From: Flavobacteriales bacterium
Lineage (GTDB): Bacteria; Bacteroidota; Bacteroidia; Flavobacteriales_C; GCA-002722245
Assembly (NCBI GenBank): GCA_038154685.1
Contig: JAYPYW010000001.1
Coordinates: forward strand, 36,761 to 100,760
DNA length: 64,000 nucleotides
Direction: 5' to 3'
The notes under the pieces are model-generated. The model ran no database searches, was not told the origin of the DNA, and saw nothing but the letters and a program-made list of their open reading frames with translations. This document shows positions 18,384 to 27,870 of the stretch, piece by piece. Position numbers and translations under genes: made by a program. Position 1 is the stretch's first letter. Every line of letters starts with the position of its first letter.

Positions 18384-18719
18384 TTAACAACAATCATCGG
18401 TATTGCACTGCTGAATTGCAATTACAACGCCGCTAACAAAAACAGCTATTTCATTCAAAACATCAGGATTTATACAGTAGCATAAACTTGACCCACTTAC
18501 CTCTCCTTTTATAATTCCAACAGCCTTTAATTCACTTAAATGCTTAGAAATAGTACTTTGAGCAAGTGGCAATTCTTCAACAATATCATTACAAATACAT
18601 GAAGGGTTTTTAATCATGTACTCAATAATTGACATCCTAGCTGGGTGGCCAATAGCCTTGAACAACTCAGCTAATCTTAATGTTTCTTCCTTAAATCCTT
18701 CTACCTTTGAAATACCCAT
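18384..18719 (-). CDS. arsR: ArsR/SmtB family metalloregulator
   Basis: wHTH with As(III)-binding CxC in the DNA-recognition region (SCICNDIVEEL...STISKHL). Also a C-terminal CNTDDCC cysteine cluster. Confidence 0.85.
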   Translation of the reverse strand: MGISKVEGFKEETLRLAELFKAIGHPARMSIIEYMIKNPSCICNDIVEELPLAQSTISKHLSELKAVGIIKGEVSGSSLCYCINPDVLNEIAVFVSGVVIAIQQCNTDDCC

Positions 18720-18737
18720 ATCGTAATATTACGATAT
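18718..18737. promoter_or_regulatory. 20-bp perfect palindrome ATATCGTAATATTACGATAT overlapping the arsR start codon; candidate ArsR operator
   Basis: Perfect dyad read directly from the sequence; position spans the arsR ATG. Confidence 0.45.
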
Positions 18738-18745
18738 AAAGATAC

Positions 18746-18787
18746 ATAAAAAAAACACCTGTGCATACTTTATTACAACAGGTGTTT
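18746..18787 (-). terminator. Rho-independent terminator after PBP1A gene (reverse strand)
   Basis: AAACACCTGT...ACAGGTGTTT 10-bp stem with a T8 run on the reverse strand. Confidence 0.7.
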
Positions 18788-18822
18788 CTTTAATGACTTT
18801 TAATTACTTCTTATCAAACAGA

Positions 18823-21459
18823 TTAAAACTCATCGAAATCGACGGTTTCAGAAGTTTCAATCGCATTTGCCTTTCTCTTAGTACAATCAAACTCTTCGTT
18901 TTCGAGCGATTCAGGTACCTCAAACTCACCTTGCGAAATTTTCAATTTTGGATTCTTATAAATATCGTTCATATAATACCCCCAAATTGGTAATGCCATA
19001 TTTGTTCCCATTCCTAATTTTAACGATAAGAAATGAGCTGCACGATCTTCACAACCAGTCCATACACCAGTAACTAAATCAGGGGTAATCCCCATAAACC
19101 ATCCGTCACTCTGCATTTGAGTAGTCCCGGTTTTACCTGAGATTTTAATTGAGTATGGAAGTTTTCCATACGGACGATTTGGAGACCTTAATCTTACCCC
19201 TGTTCCGTATGTTGATTTACCTTGAACATTTGGTCCGTAATTAGCAACACCACTCAATAACTCAATCATTTTGTATGCATTCTCCTCTGTCATTGCCTCC
19301 TTTCGTTTTGCAGAAGGACGCCAAATTATAGATCCATTTTTATCTTCAATTCTTGTTATGAATTGAGGTTCAATTCTAATCCCTTTATTGGCAAATACAC
19401 AATATGCCGAAACCATATCATACAAAGAAACATCAGGCGTTCCTAAACAGATAGATGGTACTGGTTCAATTGGGGTTGTGATACCGCATCTTCTGGCAAC
19501 GTTTATTACTGCCTCTGGACCGAAATTCTTCATAATTCTGGCAGTAATTGAGTTGATTGAATTTGCTAGCGCCATTTTAAGGGTTAATGGTTGACCACTT
19601 AAATGCGATTCTCCTCCAGCATTCTTTGGTTTCCAAGGCTCCTCTAATCCATATAAGCCAGCAGGGAAAGTTACTTCTTCATTTAAATACTCTTCACAAG
19701 GATTTACACCATTCTCTATAGCTGTTGCATATACAAAAGGTTTAAATGTGGATCCAACTTGACGAGTTGCTCTTACATGATCATACTGGAAATATTTATA
19801 GTTAATTCCCCCAACCCAAGCTCTTATAAATCCAGTATGAGGATCAATAGACAATAATCCTGAACGCAGGTACCATTTATGATGGATAACTGAATCTCGA
19901 GGACTCATAACTGTGTCCTTCTCTCCTTCCCAAGTAAAGACACGCATACTAATCTTTTTATCGAACTCATCCATCATTTTTTTATCGAATGGTTCCCAAA
20001 ATTTTAGATATTCAGTACGTTTTTCTTCTAGTTCAGACTTAAAACTCTTGATCTTCTTCTTGTACTTTTTAATACTATCCTGAAAAGCTTCAATCTCTTT
20101 TCTTGCCCTTTGTTTTTCTTTTAAAATCGCTCTTGCATTAGTAGAATCACGATTTAATCTGTTTAACTCTTGTTGGACTAAATAACGCTTATCATCATTG
20201 GCTTTAACCTTATTTTTCCAGCGTTGATTTTTATATGTAGCCCTGTTGTAAGCGTAGGTAACTTTTTTAACCGAAGGGTTAGCATCTAAAGCCTTTTTAT
20301 AACGCCCGCTAGTTCTAATTCCGTTCTTAATTAGCTTTTCAACTGCATCCGCTTTTTCGTCAGCAGTATAGTCTTCAAAGTAGAATGGAGCATACTTTCT
20401 TAATCCTCTCGATTTAGATTTCCAATGCTTAAAGAAAGCTGGTTGTAGTTCCTTTCCAAGGTGAGTTTTAACAGCATTCTCAGCATACTTTTGCATGTCG
20501 TAATTTATACTTGTATAAATCTTTAACCCATCCTCATAAATATCATACTTAGTACCATCTGGTCTTTTTAATTCTTTGAAAATCTTCTTTAATTTCTTTC
20601 TTACTTCCTCCCTGAAATATGTAGCAATTCCACTTCTGTGAGATGCTCGCGTGAATCTTAACCCAAGTGGCAGGGTTTTTAAGCTGTCAAACTCTTCTTG
20701 TGTGATTTTTTCGTTTTTAAGCATCTGAGCGAAAACCACATTTCTTCTGAATAAAGTTGTATCAGGTCTTCTTAATGGATTAAATAATGATGGGTTTTTA
20801 GCCATTCCAACAAACATGGCTGCTTGTTCGATTTTTAAATCTTCGGGATTAGTATCAAAGTAAACTTGAGAGGCCGATTTTATTCCAGCCGCGTTATTAA
20901 CGAAATCCAGCGTATTGAAATACATCGTAAGGATCTCTTCCTTGGTATACTGACGTTCCAATTTAACAGCAACAACCCATTCCTTAAGTTTCTGAAATGC
21001 TCTTTCCCACTTGTTTTTTACAACCTGCTCAGTAAATAGCATTTTTGCTAACTGTTGGGTAATTGTAGATCCTCCCCCGGAACTTCCACCCTTTAGGACT
21101 GCTCTGGCTAAAGACTTACCATCAATTCCACTATGATCATAATATCGTTCATCCTCGGTACTAACAAGTGCCTCAATTAGATATGGTGATAACTCTTTGT
21201 ATTCTGCAAGCGCTCTATTCTCTTTAAAAATGGTACCTAATTGTTTACCATCCGATGATAACAACCTTGTTGCCAAAGAAGTACTTGGATTTTCGAGTTG
21301 TTGGAATGAAGGTAATTTCCCTAATAATTCATCGTTAGCAATACCATTAAAGAAGTAATAAACGGAACCTATTCCCATTAAAAAAACAATCCAAAAGGCG
21401 ATTATGAACCCTTTGTAGGAAGGCTTAACTTTTTCAGGGATGTTTGCTTCTTCAGTCAT
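18823..21459 (-). CDS. mrcA: Penicillin-binding protein 1A (bifunctional GT51 transglycosylase / transpeptidase)
   Basis: N-terminal TM. GT51 motifs EDERYYDHSGID and GGSTITQQLAK. Transpeptidase STFKPF (SxxK) and KTGT. About 150-aa coiled-coil insertion between the domains. Confidence 0.9.
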   Translation of the reverse strand: MTEEANIPEKVKPSYKGFIIAFWIVFLMGIGSVYYFFNGIANDELLGKLPSFQQLENPSTSLATRLLSSDGKQLGTIFKENRALAEYKELSPYLIEALVSTEDERYYDHSGIDGKSLARAVLKGGSSGGGSTITQQLAKMLFTEQVVKNKWERAFQKLKEWVVAVKLERQYTKEEILTMYFNTLDFVNNAAGIKSASQVYFDTNPEDLKIEQAAMFVGMAKNPSLFNPLRRPDTTLFRRNVVFAQMLKNEKITQEEFDSLKTLPLGLRFTRASHRSGIATYFREEVRKKLKKIFKELKRPDGTKYDIYEDGLKIYTSINYDMQKYAENAVKTHLGKELQPAFFKHWKSKSRGLRKYAPFYFEDYTADEKADAVEKLIKNGIRTSGRYKKALDANPSVKKVTYAYNRATYKNQRWKNKVKANDDKRYLVQQELNRLNRDSTNARAILKEKQRARKEIEAFQDSIKKYKKKIKSFKSELEEKRTEYLKFWEPFDKKMMDEFDKKISMRVFTWEGEKDTVMSPRDSVIHHKWYLRSGLLSIDPHTGFIRAWVGGINYKYFQYDHVRATRQVGSTFKPFVYATAIENGVNPCEEYLNEEVTFPAGLYGLEEPWKPKNAGGESHLSGQPLTLKMALANSINSITARIMKNFGPEAVINVARRCGITTPIEPVPSICLGTPDVSLYDMVSAYCVFANKGIRIEPQFITRIEDKNGSIIWRPSAKRKEAMTEENAYKMIELLSGVANYGPNVQGKSTYGTGVRLRSPNRPYGKLPYSIKISGKTGTTQMQSDGWFMGITPDLVTGVWTGCEDRAAHFLSLKLGMGTNMALPIWGYYMNDIYKNPKLKISQGEFEVPESLENEEFDCTKRKANAIETSETVDFDEF

Positions 21460-21551
21460 TAACGGTCAAGTTTTTGAATTCGTGCACCAACAGATACCAC
21501 CTCTTTCAAAACCTCCTCTCTCATTACCTGCTGAACTTTAATATTATAGAC

Positions 21552-21929
21552 TCACTTATAAGGGTTTTGAATTGCGTATGGATAATAAGCTACAAATTCT
21601 TTTACATCACCTCCTTCAACACCCTCTTTCCAATAGCCATCTGCAGTCATTAAGATATGATCGATAGTATCTTTAATAGGTTGATCTTTTCCCGGAATAT
21701 CTATTTCAACAAACAAATACAAATTGCGATAAGCATATGCTGTTGTATTTCGAATATTCAAACCAATAGTTACAACAGAAGGTAAATCAGTAAGGCTGTC
21801 TGTTTTAAAAGTTAGCGTTGAATCTTGATGCCAACCCTCAGCACTTAAATTATAATCTTCACCATAAATGAAGCTTCCATCACAAGATGTTAGTCCAAAT
21901 ACAATTAATATGGCGAAAATTACTCTCAT
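21552..21929 (-). CDS. gldH: Gliding-motility lipoprotein GldH-like
   Basis: Lipoprotein signal MRVIFAILIVFGLTSC, size 125 aa, NIRNTTAYAYRNLYLF motif, and a gene neighbourhood (PSP1 - gldH - PBP1A) that I recall for Flavobacterium johnsoniae gldH. Confidence 0.55.
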   Translation of the reverse strand: MRVIFAILIVFGLTSCDGSFIYGEDYNLSAEGWHQDSTLTFKTDSLTDLPSVVTIGLNIRNTTAYAYRNLYLFVEIDIPGKDQPIKDTIDHILMTADGYWKEGVEGGDVKEFVAYYPYAIQNPYK

Positions 21930-23281
21930 TAATCCTTTTTAGGAGTCTGTCCCCCTTCTGCTTTAGGTTCACCTCCCTGATTTGGTTTCCTATTTCTATT
22001 ATTTGGTCTTGGTTTACCAGACTTACCCTGAGGTTTGTTTTGGTTATTTCTTGGGCCTGAATTTTTCTTATTGTTTGGTCGGTTATTACCACCTTCCTTC
22101 TGCTGACCGCCCTCTTGTTTAGCGTTTTTCGATGGTCGGTTATTGTTGTTGCGCTTATTATTCGGACGCTTTTTCTTCTTTTTCTTATTGGCTTTATCGA
22201 AACGTGTAAGGTCATCTTGCCCTACAACATTCATGTAATCGATTTCTTTTTCCGCTTGAGTAGACTCCTTAATTTCAACCAGTTCTTCAGGATATTTCCC
22301 TTTTTTATTCATGGCTAAAACCTCTTTAACACGATCAACAGGAACAGCCACAAACTTCATTCTATCTTGCCTACAGATGTACCAATAAATTCCTTTGAAA
22401 ATATCTGTCTTGAAGTGGAAGTACTCCTCTTCATCTGTTTTCAAATTGATACTTGCATCAGGAAAATCCTTAACAGCGTCTAAGTAACTGTCTAATTCGA
22501 AATTAAGACAACATTTCAGTTTACCACATTGTCCAGCTAACTTCTGAGGGTTTAAGGATAACTGCTGATACCTAGCTGCACTAGTTGTTACAGATCTAAA
22601 ATCTGTTAACCATGAACTACAACAAAGTTCTCTACCACAAGCACCAACCCCACCTAACTTTGAGGCTTCCTGACGAGCACCAATCTGTCGCATTTCAATT
22701 CTAATTTTGAAACTTGAAGCGTAAATCTTTATAAGCTCTCTAAAGTCAACCCTTTGTTCTGCTGTATAGTAGAAAGTTGCCTTAGTTTTATCTCCTTGAT
22801 ATTCAACATCACAAATCTTCATATCAAGACCTAATTCAATAGCATGAACCCTAGCTTGGGTCATGGTAGGCTTTTCCAAACGCATTGCGTCTTGCCACTT
22901 GTCTATATCATTCTGACGAGCTTTTCTGTATATCTTAAGTATATCGTTAGACTTAATATTTTTCTTCTGAACCTGTAATCTAACAAGTTCACCAACTAAA
23001 GAAACAGTACCAATATCGTGTCCTGGGGAAGATTCAACTGCAACAACATCGCCAATACTTAGGCTTAAGTCGTCAATGTTATCAAAATATCCTTTACGTC
23101 CGTTTTTAAATCGAACCTCAACCCATTTTGGCTGGTTAGCCATGCTTGGGTTATCCATATTTGAAAGCCAATCGAAAACGTTTAGTTTATTACAACCACC
23201 GCTATCGCAGCCACCATTATTTTTACATCCACCAGGTAAATTATTGGTTCCTCTTCCTGTACTACAACCTGAACATCCCAT
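21929..23281 (-). CDS. PSP1 C-terminal domain protein (RicT/YaaT-like) with Cys-rich N-terminus and about 100-aa Lys/Asn/Arg/Pro/Gly-rich basic tail
   Basis: PSP1 core with conserved cysteines GACGRELCCSSWL and CGKLKCCLNFE. C-terminal KKKKKKRPNNKRNNNNRPSKN... low-complexity tail. Confidence 0.75.
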   Translation of the reverse strand: MGCSGCSTGRGTNNLPGGCKNNGGCDSGGCNKLNVFDWLSNMDNPSMANQPKWVEVRFKNGRKGYFDNIDDLSLSIGDVVAVESSPGHDIGTVSLVGELVRLQVQKKNIKSNDILKIYRKARQNDIDKWQDAMRLEKPTMTQARVHAIELGLDMKICDVEYQGDKTKATFYYTAEQRVDFRELIKIYASSFKIRIEMRQIGARQEASKLGGVGACGRELCCSSWLTDFRSVTTSAARYQQLSLNPQKLAGQCGKLKCCLNFELDSYLDAVKDFPDASINLKTDEEEYFHFKTDIFKGIYWYICRQDRMKFVAVPVDRVKEVLAMNKKGKYPEELVEIKESTQAEKEIDYMNVVGQDDLTRFDKANKKKKKKRPNNKRNNNNRPSKNAKQEGGQQKEGGNNRPNNKKNSGPRNNQNKPQGKSGKPRPNNRNRKPNQGGEPKAEGGQTPKKD

Positions 23282-23376
23282 AATCTATCTTAAAAAGGTA
23301 ATCTACCTCAGATAAAAATAAGGAAAAGGGAGGGAATTAAGATAAGAATAGAGGTTTAATGATAACAAAGAAATGT

Positions 23377-24210
23377 TTATTCACTAAAAATTTCTACTCT
23401 GTTTAGAGTTATAACAGAAGAAAGCTGATTTGGCATAATACCTTTGATACTTTTTCCCTCTTTGTTTTTTAAATCAATTTTTACACTGTGAGTTCCTTGT
23501 GTTAATCCGCTTATCCAGAAAGGAGCCCATTTTGTTATTTTGAATACTGACTTATCAATTGTAAGCTCAATAAAGTTACCATTCGATAGATCGACATTTT
23601 TCAGATAGAAGTCAAATAAAATCTTATTCTGAATTGTTGGCTCGTAACTTCCTCTTGGTTGAAGTAATGCTACTACTGTATCAGCCAAATTTGTTTCCGA
23701 AAAACAACCTGAAGGATCTGCATTTACTTTGAATAAAAACGAAGCATTCTTATTCTTTAAACTCAAATCGTAAGATCTACTCAAATAACATAAAAAAAGA
23801 TTTGTTCCCTTAAGAATATCTGTTTCAAAATCGCTCGAAATCACTTTAGTTACCTCTCCACTCGGAGTTAATATTCCTAAATATTGCCCTCCTTCATTTA
23901 ATCGAACATTATGCTTTTCTTCCTCAGCAGTTTTCTGTCCAAGATTGAATAACTCGTTTTTAAATTCGATTTTGTTGATCCCTAATTTGAAGGTTTGATT
24001 TTGAGATGAAATTTTAGTGGTTACATCACTAAAAGTAGGAAAATCAGTAAATTCAGTAAGTTTTATCCCACCTGTCTCTAAAATTATTGGGTTATAATTT
24101 GAAATAGCTAAAGCCTTATCAATTTCTTCTTGAGAAATATTTTCTTCGTCATCACCACCACAGGAAATGAGCAACAAACAAGCAAAAAGGTATAAAAAGA
24201 TGTTTTTCAT
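23377..24210 (-). CDS. Lipoprotein of unknown function
   Basis: Lipobox signal MKNIFLYLFACLLLISCGG; no recognizable catalytic motif. Confidence 0.5.
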   Translation of the reverse strand: MKNIFLYLFACLLLISCGGDDEENISQEEIDKALAISNYNPIILETGGIKLTEFTDFPTFSDVTTKISSQNQTFKLGINKIEFKNELFNLGQKTAEEEKHNVRLNEGGQYLGILTPSGEVTKVISSDFETDILKGTNLFLCYLSRSYDLSLKNKNASFLFKVNADPSGCFSETNLADTVVALLQPRGSYEPTIQNKILFDFYLKNVDLSNGNFIELTIDKSVFKITKWAPFWISGLTQGTHSVKIDLKNKEGKSIKGIMPNQLSSVITLNRVEIFSE

Positions 24211-24339
24211 CTACAAAATCATTTGAATCGCTAAAATAAGCGAAAATAATGAAGAGATATAGGATAAATAGAATTTCGTTAAAACAAAAAAAGGGACTAA
24301 AAAGTCCCCCAAGGCATTGTTTATTTTAGTCTTTAAGAA

Positions 24340-25179
24340 TTATAAAGTCTGGTAATCTCCAAATAATGGTGACTTGTTAATAAAGTCAGATGATGGGTTA
24401 ACCATTAAAACTGGAATCTGCGCTTCGTTTGTAATTAACTCTTCTTCTGAGTTCTTTAAGAAAGCGTTAATCGAACGGTAGTTTAAGTTTAATACCGCAA
24501 TGAAGTCAGCGTTAATACTTGCTGCGTAACGAGTAATTTGCTTAACAAAATCACCTGGTCCATCAGCTTTCTCAACTACATAATCAATTCCATGCTTGTC
24601 GAAAAACTTCTTAGTATATGCAACATTGTTCTCAATCTTCTGAGCATCAAACTTATCGTCGTCGTAATCTGCAAAAATGTGGACTTTAGCTCCTAATTTG
24701 TTAGCCATAGAAGCTGTTACTGAAATCTTTTGTTTTGTTTCCGCCTTGAAATCAATTGGGAAAACCAAATCTTTATAAGTTTCTGGAACAACCTTATCCT
24801 GAACAACAATAAATGGAATTGTTGAACTTGTGATAACTTTCATAGCGTAAGATCCAGTAATATGCTGAATTCCTTTACGACCATGAGTTCCCATGATGAT
24901 TAATCTTGCGCCCTCGTACTCTGCAACTTTATGAATATCATCAAAAATATTACCTGAAACAACCTTACCAACAGTTGGAATGTTATGTTCTTTGCTAACG
25001 TTTTCAGCGATTGGATCTAATTTTTCTCTTGCTTCTTCTGTTTTTGAATCTCTATCAACAACATGCAATAGAACGATCTCTCCTTCCATAATACTTGCGA
25101 TTTTAATTGCATGCTTTAAAGCTGTTTCTGCAACTGATGTAAAATCGGTAGGTACTAAAATTTTATAAACGTCTTTCAT
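24340..25179 (-). CDS. Universal stress protein, tandem UspA domains
   Basis: Two Usp domains with the ATP-binding G-x2-G-x9-G(S/T) pattern (MGTHGRKG...). Confidence 0.8.
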   Translation of the reverse strand: MKDVYKILVPTDFTSVAETALKHAIKIASIMEGEIVLLHVVDRDSKTEEAREKLDPIAENVSKEHNIPTVGKVVSGNIFDDIHKVAEYEGARLIIMGTHGRKGIQHITGSYAMKVITSSTIPFIVVQDKVVPETYKDLVFPIDFKAETKQKISVTASMANKLGAKVHIFADYDDDKFDAQKIENNVAYTKKFFDKHGIDYVVEKADGPGDFVKQITRYAASINADFIAVLNLNYRSINAFLKNSEEELITNEAQIPVLMVNPSSDFINKSPLFGDYQTL

Positions 25180-25326
25180 AATCTGATGTAACTTAATTAA
25201 TATAACTTCTTACTGATGCCCCCAAAATAACCATAAATTGAGCAACAACAATATCAAAATTAAAATTTTACAATAAAATCAAAGATTTTTAACCCTAGAA
25301 TCAATCAAGAATATGATTAATCTCAT

Positions 25327-25821
25327 CTATTTCTTAAAAACAGGAACAGTAGAACAAGCCTCTCCAAACATTAAACTTTTTACTACTGGTTGAAGTTTTT
25401 GAGTGATATTGATATAAGCGCTATCTGGAATTGATTCCTCTCCGCAACCTTTAATAATCACTCGTTTATCTTGATAGTCAGATTCGTTAATTGCCTCAAT
25501 GGAACGACGCAATAATGCTCCTTTTAAATGAGCTAAGTTTCCTCTAATTACCAATGAAGCATATGGTTGAAGTACAGAGGAAATCAACATATAAGCCCAT
25601 AATGGAATAATTCCTTCCGAAGAGTTTGTAACTGCTACAAAGGCATCTTGATATTCAGACCAATCCTTGTTTTTCAATTGGTCACGAAAATCTTTTTCAC
25701 GAAGGATTAAACCCTCATACATAAAGTCTTTTAGGTCTATAACAACCTGTTTACCTGATGGAATAAAATCCACTAGGTCCAATGTTATTAATCCGCTTTT
25801 CTCGACTTTATTTTCAATCAC
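25327..25821 (-). CDS. Hypothetical protein (DUF2480-like) at the distal end of the suf operon
   Basis: 164 aa with no catalytic motif. I recall this position and size from Bacteroidota suf clusters. Confidence 0.4.
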   Translation of the reverse strand: MIENKVEKSGLITLDLVDFIPSGKQVVIDLKDFMYEGLILREKDFRDQLKNKDWSEYQDAFVAVTNSSEGIIPLWAYMLISSVLQPYASLVIRGNLAHLKGALLRRSIEAINESDYQDKRVIIKGCGEESIPDSAYINITQKLQPVVKSLMFGEACSTVPVFKK

Positions 25822-25833
25822 GATGTGATAATT

Positions 25834-26154
25834 TTAAATCATTCCTAATTCAATCTGAGCTTCCTCGCTCATCATGTGGCGATCCCAAGTTGGTTCAAAT
25901 ACGATATTTACTTTACAAAATTTCACCAATTCCATTCCTCCCACTTTTCCTTCTACCTCAGCAGGTAAAGTTTCAGCTGCAGGGCAGTTTGGAGAAGTTA
26001 AAGTCATGTCAATTTTTACAATCGCATCGTCATCAATCTTGATATCATAAATCAATCCCAATTCGTAGATGTCTACTGGGATTTCTGGATCGTAAATAGT
26101 TTTAATAACTAAAACGATGTGCTCTTCTAATTCTTTCTTATCAAAATCAGCCAT
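25834..26154 (-). CDS. sufT: DUF59/MIP18-family Fe-S assembly protein (SufT-like)
   Basis: DUF59 pattern IYDPEIPV.IYELGLIY...TLTSPNCP with a conserved Cys. Lies in the suf operon. Confidence 0.7.
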   Translation of the reverse strand: MADFDKKELEEHIVLVIKTIYDPEIPVDIYELGLIYDIKIDDDAIVKIDMTLTSPNCPAAETLPAEVEGKVGGMELVKFCKVNIVFEPTWDRHMMSEEAQIELGMI

Positions 26155-26164
26155 TCTCCTCTAA

Positions 26165-26581
26165 TTATGCCTTGCTAAAAGCAAGTGCGTAAGCTTTCAT
26201 TTTCTTTATCATAGCCACCAAACCGTTACTCCTGTTTGGCGATAAGTGTTCCTTTAATCCGATTTCATCAACAAATGATAAATCATTATCAACGATGTCT
26301 TGTGCTGGCTGACCGTTAAATACTTTAACCAACAAAGCGATAATTCCTTTAGTAATGATCGCATCACTGTCAGCTTCAAAGTACACAATTCCATCTTTAT
26401 TTTCAGCTGTTAGCCATACTTGACTCTGACAACCTTTAACGATGTTATCTTCAACCTTGTCTTCAGCTTTCATGTCTGGTAAATCTTTTCCAAGGGAAAT
26501 GATATACTCATATTTGTCGGCCCAATCTTCGAAAAGATCAAAGTCTTCAACTAATTCCGCTGCTACTTTCTGTACACTCAT
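26165..26581 (-). CDS. sufE: Cysteine desulfuration protein SufE
   Basis: SufE fold with the sulfur-acceptor Cys in KGCQSQVW. Confidence 0.8.
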   Translation of the reverse strand: MSVQKVAAELVEDFDLFEDWADKYEYIISLGKDLPDMKAEDKVEDNIVKGCQSQVWLTAENKDGIVYFEADSDAIITKGIIALLVKVFNGQPAQDIVDNDLSFVDEIGLKEHLSPNRSNGLVAMIKKMKAYALAFSKA

Positions 26582-26586
26582 ATCTA

Positions 26587-27870
26587 TTATAAAAGCATAT
26601 TTAAAGCACGCTTTAAAGCGGCAATAAATACATCTACTTCTTCTTTTGTATTATAAAATGCGAACGACGCTCTGGCAGTACCAGTCACATTACATCTATG
26701 CATTAATGGCTCAGTACAATGGTGTCCTGTTCTTACTGCCACACCTAATTGATCTAGGATTGTTCCCATATCATAATGGTGTGCCTTTTCATGAACAAAA
26801 CTTAATACTCCAGCCTTATTTTTTGCTGTTCCTACGATCCTGATTCCTTCAATCTGACTGATTTGTTCAGTGGCATATTCCAATAACTCATCTTCATGAG
26901 CATGAACAGCCTCCCAATCTAGCTCATTCAAATAATCAACCGCAGCTCCAAGTCCGATTCCACCGGCAATATTAGGCGTACCAGCTTCAAACTTATGTGG
27001 TAAATCGTTGTAAGTTGTTTTCTCAAAAGAAACGGTCTTAATCATGTCGCCACCACCTTGGTAAGGAGGTAACTTATCCAACCACTCTTTCTTTCCGTAA
27101 AGGATTCCAATTCCTGTTGGTCCAAACATTTTATGACCACTGAAAGCGTAGAATTCACAGTCTAGTTCCTGAACATCTACCTTCATGTGTGGAACACTTT
27201 GCGCACCGTCAAATAAAACTGGAATATCTAAAGCATGAGCAGCTTCAACGATTTCTTTTACTGGGTTGATTGTTCCTAAAGTATTAGAAACATGAGTGAT
27301 CGCAACCAACTTTGTTTTCTCAGACAAAAGCGCTTTAAATTCTTCTAGAATCAACTCACCCTCATCCGTAATTGGAGCAACCTTTAAAGTAGCTCCAGTA
27401 TACTCACAAGCCATTTGCCAAGGCACGATGTTAGAATGGTGCTCCATAGCTGAAATCACCACCTCATCACCTTCTTTTAAGATTCCTCTTGTAAAACCAT
27501 TAGCTACAAGATTAATCCCATCTGTTGTTCCCTTAGTGTAAATTACTTCTTCTTCTAAAGGCGCATTGATGTATGCCTGAATTTTTCTTCGAGCTTCCTC
27601 ATAAGCAGCAGTTGCCTCCTGACTTAAAGTATGAACTCCTCTATGGATATTAGAGTTCTCATCTTGGTAATACTGATTAATTCTATCAATTACTACCTGA
27701 GGTTTTTGAGCAGTTGCTCCATTGTCGAAATAAACCAAATCCTTCCCATTGACCTTTCTTTTCAAAGTAGGAAAGTCATTTCTTAAATCGACTATACTTT
27801 TTTGTTCCACCATAATCATAATGTCCGAAGACAATGGGGATTTATGCTTTCGAGTTAAAGTTTGCAGCAA
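26587..27870 (-). CDS. sufS: Cysteine desulfurase SufS (class V aminotransferase, group II)
   Basis: PLP Lys in [12 protein letters not shown]; active-site Cys in RTGHHCTEP. Confidence 0.9.
   Translation of the reverse strand: MLQTLTRKHKSPLSSDIMIMVEQKSIVDLRNDFPTLKRKVNGKDLVYFDNGATAQKPQVVIDRINQYYQDENSNIHRGVHTLSQEATAAYEEARRKIQAYINAPLEEEVIYTKGTTDGINLVANGFTRGILKEGDEVVISAMEHHSNIVPWQMACEYTGATLKVAPITDEGELILEEFKALLSEKTKLVAITHVSNTLGTINPVKEIVEAAHALDIPVLFDGAQSVPHMKVDVQELDCEFYAFSGHKMFGPTGIGILYGKKEWLDKLPPYQGGGDMIKTVSFEKTTYNDLPHKFEAGTPNIAGGIGLGAAVDYLNELDWEAVHAHEDELLEYATEQISQIEGIRIVGTAKNKAGVLSFVHEKAHHYDMGTILDQLGVAVRTGHHCTEPLMHRCNVTGTARASFAFYNTKEEVDVFIAALKRALNMLL

Noticed and set aside
21880-22318. ORFs 21880..22215(-) and 22115..22318(+) over the 3' end of the PSP1 gene
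   Set aside because: They fall in alternative frames of the K/N/R-rich low-complexity tail region, and repetitive AAG/AAT-rich DNA opens spurious frames. The PSP1 frame is continuous and in-frame with the conserved core.
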